This document shows positions 61,486-64,000 of a DNA stretch of 64,000 bases, piece after piece. This stretch comes from Oscillospiraceae bacterium (lineage in GTDB: Bacteria > Bacillota > Clostridia > Oscillospirales > CAG-272). Each line of letters begins with the position of its first letter. Position 1 is the first letter of the stretch. The stretch is taken from assembly GCA_015065385.1 (NCBI GenBank), contig SVQK01000110.1:3902-67901 (forward strand), written 5' to 3'. The notes beneath the pieces are model-generated. The model had not been told where the DNA came from, made no database searches, and was given only the letters and a program-made list of their open reading frames with translations. A program made the position numbers and the translations under genes.

Positions 61486-64000
61486 ATGGTCACCATATCG
61501 GATTTCAGCGTCAAGCCCGTCTCCCTGATCAATCATGGGGGAGAGCAGTTTATCGAGGTGTCCTGCCGGTCCTCTGCATTGGTACACGCTGTGTTCACCG
61601 CGAAAACGGACAGCGGATCTTTCAGCCGGGACGTCGCGCTCATGTCGGGAAAAAACTGTATCCCCGTCATGCTCCCCCCGCCGGATCATGACACGGAGGT
61701 TTCTTGGACGCTCACCGCCGACGGATTGTCGCATACGGTTTCCGGCCTCTGGAAGAAGCCGCGGGAGTGGACGTTTTATGTGATGCTCTCCTCCCATACG
61801 GATATCGGGCTTCACAATTCGCAGTATTATCAGCGGTACACAAGCGAAGTCTTTTTAGACAAGGCTGCCGGGCTGTGCGACGCCACGGAGAACAGGCCGG
61901 AGGAGAACCGATACCGCTACACGATGGAGGGCCGCTGGTTCTGGGAGAACTATCCCGCGGACCGGGGCGCGGAGGCGGCAGAGAAGATGCTCGCGCAGTA
62001 CATCCGGCCGGGAAAGATCGGCCTGTGCGCCGGGATCGCCGGAAATCACACGAATGTTTATGGATTCGAGGAGCTGTGCCGCAGTACCTACGGTCGGCGG
62101 AAGATTCTCGAGGACTGGGGCGTGGATACCCGCACCATGTCCATGATCGACAACAACGGCCTTTCGTGGGCCATCGTTGCGCCTTACGCGGAGGCAGGGT
62201 ACGAGAACATCCTGTTCGCGCCGAATCATTGGAATCCGCGCCCGTCCACAGTCTGGCACTGCGACCAGAGCAAGGCTCTGTGCTTCTGGAATCCCAACGC
62301 GGGAGGCGGCGGTTCCCGGGTCGATGTCCGGTATGATTCGGAGCTCCCGATGCTGTTTTTCTGGCGCAGTCCGGACGACACAAGGGAGATGCTGGTCTGG
62401 GCGTCCACGCATTATTCCGTGGGAGGGGAGGAATTCGGCTTCAACTGTTGGAGCAAACCATCCTTTGACACGCTGGCACAGATGGAAAAGCGGTTTACAA
62501 CTCGGCTGCCCGAAATGGAAGACCGGGTTCCCTACGATGTGTGGCTCGTTGCCAGCTACGCCGACGATCAGGAGCCGTCCGTCGATCAGACCGATCTGTT
62601 CGCGGCCTGGAACGCGCGGTGGAAGTATCCCCGGATCCTTACCCTCGGCGCGCCGGACGAACCCTTCCGCCTTGTCCGGGAGCGGTTCGGCGACCGGATC
62701 CCCGTCCTGAAGGGCGAGATGACGGGAGGATGGTACCAGCACCCGCTCTCGGCTCCGCAGCTTTTGGCGGATAAACTGAACGCGGACCGAGCGCTCGCCT
62801 CCGCCGAAACATGGGCCTCCCTTGCCGCCCTGTACGCGGACGCTCCGTATCCGGCCGAAGAGTTTTCGAGAGCGTGGGAATACCTTTTCTGGAACGACGA
62901 GCATTCCTACGGGGTCAGCGGCTATCAGGGCCGGAGAGTCTACGAGACGTGGATGCAGCACCGGGACTGGATCGAAAAGGCGGCGGAGACCGCGCGGAGT
63001 GAGACGGAGTCCGCTCTCGAAGCCCTGTCCGGCCTCATTCCCTGCGGGGAGGACAGCGTGATCGTCTTCAATCCCACCTCCCGCGTCCGGGATGAACGGA
63101 TTCGGATAGACGGACGGGAGGGGATCGCCCGCGAGCTTCCTCCGTGCGGCTACAAGGTCGTTCCGCTTGGGGAAGAAGCTCCCGAAGAAGTTCTTTCCTG
63201 CGCCGCGCCCCCCGTCGTCGAGAACGAGCACTACAAAATCCGCTTTGCCGAAGACGGCTCCATGGCTTCCGTCTATGATAAGAAAATCGGCAGGGAACTG
63301 CTGTCGGAAGGGACGTTCGGGGCCAACTGCTTTGTCTATACCGAGGACAACCACAAGAGCTTCGTGACGCCGCGGAACGCCTCCTTTACGGTGAGAAGGC
63401 GGGACGGCGTGATCACGGTCACGGCCGAATTTGACGAGTCCCGCTCCGGAGCGGCTGTCACCCAGACTGTGACGCTGGACAGCCTGCACCACCGCATCGA
63501 CATCGAGAATCGGATCCGTCACATGCGCGCTATGGTCAACGACTGCCGGTACGATCGTTATCTGTATTATGCCTTCCCCTTCCACGTTCCGGGCGCGCGC
63601 CGGATCTGCCAGCTCAACGGCGGCGAGGCGGAATACGCCGTCGATCTGACCGGGCACGGGACGGACACCTACATGAGCGCTCACGAATGGGCTTTGGCGG
63701 AGAATGATTCGTTCGGGGCGGCGTTATTGCAGAAAGACAGCCTCCTTGTCGAATTCGACCACATCCATCCGGACAAGACGGACTGCGGAGAGGCGGGATC
63801 CGGGTCCGCGATCTTCTCCTACGCCGCCAACGACTGGCTCCAGATGCACGAGGTAGGAGGCGGTCATGTGAATCTCACCCTGCGCTACGCCATCACCTCT
63901 TGGGCCGGGCGGTATCAGGAGGCGGGTCTGAGGGAAGAGGCGGACTGCTTTGTCCATCCCGTCGTGTCGAGAAAACCCGCCGCTGGAAAGAACGGACTGC
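61486..64000 (+). CDS. GH38-like alpha-mannosidase family protein (5' complete, 3' end beyond the window)
   Basis: Absent from the ORF track because it has no stop in the window. Hand translation from ATG 61486 is open to 64000. ..YVMLSSHTDIGLHN.. (HxD-type N-terminal motif), VIVFNPTSRVRDERIRI and ENEHYKIRFAEDGSMASVYDKKIGRELL match the GH38 layout. Minus-strand ORFs 61855..63684 and 61712..62383 are shadows. Confidence 0.7.
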   Translation, partial: MVTISDFSVKPVSLINHGGEQFIEVSCRSSALVHAVFTAKTDSGSFSRDVALMSGKNCIPVMLPPPDHDTEVSWTLTADGLSHTVSGLWKKPREWTFYVMLSSHTDIGLHNSQYYQRYTSEVFLDKAAGLCDATENRPEENRYRYTMEGRWFWENYPADRGAEAAEKMLAQYIRPGKIGLCAGIAGNHTNVYGFEELCRSTYGRRKILEDWGVDTRTMSMIDNNGLSWAIVAPYAEAGYENILFAPNHWNPRPSTVWHCDQSKALCFWNPNAGGGGSRVDVRYDSELPMLFFWRSPDDTREMLVWASTHYSVGGEEFGFNCWSKPSFDTLAQMEKRFTTRLPEMEDRVPYDVWLVASYADDQEPSVDQTDLFAAWNARWKYPRILTLGAPDEPFRLVRERFGDRIPVLKGEMTGGWYQHPLSAPQLLADKLNADRALASAETWASLAALYADAPYPAEEFSRAWEYLFWNDEHSYGVSGYQGRRVYETWMQHRDWIEKAAETARSETESALEALSGLIPCGEDSVIVFNPTSRVRDERIRIDGREGIARELPPCGYKVVPLGEEAPEEVLSCAAPPVVENEHYKIRFAEDGSMASVYDKKIGRELLSEGTFGANCFVYTEDNHKSFVTPRNASFTVRRRDGVITVTAEFDESRSGAAVTQTVTLDSLHHRIDIENRIRHMRAMVNDCRYDRYLYYAFPFHVPGARRICQLNGGEAEYAVDLTGHGTDTYMSAHEWALAENDSFGAALLQKDSLLVEFDHIHPDKTDCGEAGSGSAIFSYAANDWLQMHEVGGGHVNLTLRYAITSWAGRYQEAGLREEADCFVHPVVSRKPAAGKNGL

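Noticed and set aside
14338-63684. Other very long antisense ORFs: 14338..15909(-), 19483..21027(+), 22129..24162(+), 26078..28375(+), 28836..30137(+), 31139..32620(+), 36868..38457(-), 38934..40091(+), 54489..56441(+), 58872..60449(+), 61855..63684(-)
   Set aside because: Each lies opposite a gene with clear family motifs. Each has an Arg/Pro/Gly-dominated composition, lacks Shine-Dalgarno sequences, and shows no recognisable domains. They are stop-codon-poor antisense frames expected at ~60-65% GC.
1-64000. Scan for CRISPR arrays, tRNA/rRNA genes, transposases, integrases, reverse transcriptases and known defence-system signatures
   Set aside because: I saw no regularly spaced direct repeats, cloverleaf-like or rRNA-like segments, or DDE/tyrosine-recombinase/RT/nuclease-helicase motifs in any credible ORF.

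Overview
This 64-kb chromosomal window looks like it comes from a high-GC Gram-positive anaerobe of the Clostridia type. That taxonomy is inferred from sortase/LPXTG pilus genes, SLH domains, a PdaA-like deacetylase, AGGAGG-type RBSs and TTGACA/TATAAT promoters. Layout: (i) 1-10.2 kb, minus strand, is a sortase-dependent pilus operon: Cys/His-repeat membrane protein, LPXTG pilin, class C sortase, vWA tip adhesin. (ii) 10.7-17.8 kb is housekeeping: 5-formyl-THF cyclo-ligase, argC-argJ-argB-argD and pepF. (iii) 17.9-43.4 kb and 53.9-64 kb form a long accessory glycan-utilisation region. It holds GH20 x2-3, GH89, a GH38-like gene, a DUF4091/GH123-like gene, a GH39-like gene, other clan GH-A-like hydrolases, DUF5107-TPR, an esterase, two orphan lipoprotein solute-binding proteins, TetR, an SLH-anchored lipase-like protein, and small proteins of unknown function. 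(iv) 43.4-53.9 kb is a 9-gene segment bracketed by two inverted copies of a ~280-bp MITE-like element. Its cargo includes glycan genes, an HxxxDG acyltransferase-like protein, a macro-domain fusion, a GNAT, and a strongly signalled 93-aa peptide with a textbook double-glycine leader. Two large CDSs that run off the window edges (1-4155 minus; 61486-64000 plus) are missing from the supplied ORF track and were found by hand translation. I saw no rRNA, tRNA, CRISPR array, transposase, integrase or recognisable defence genes. Many long ORFs in the track are Arg/Pro/Gly-rich antisense shadows of GC-rich genes. The most interesting signals are three. First, the atypical first gene of the pilus operon has ten C..HxH...C knuckles plus an apparently inactivated CHAP-like module. 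Second, the pilin and adhesin genes show sharp GC mosaicism. Third, the 10.5-kb segment bracketed by inverted MITE-like repeats carries the orphan GG-leader peptide. All family assignments rest on motifs read by eye, since no database search was possible.
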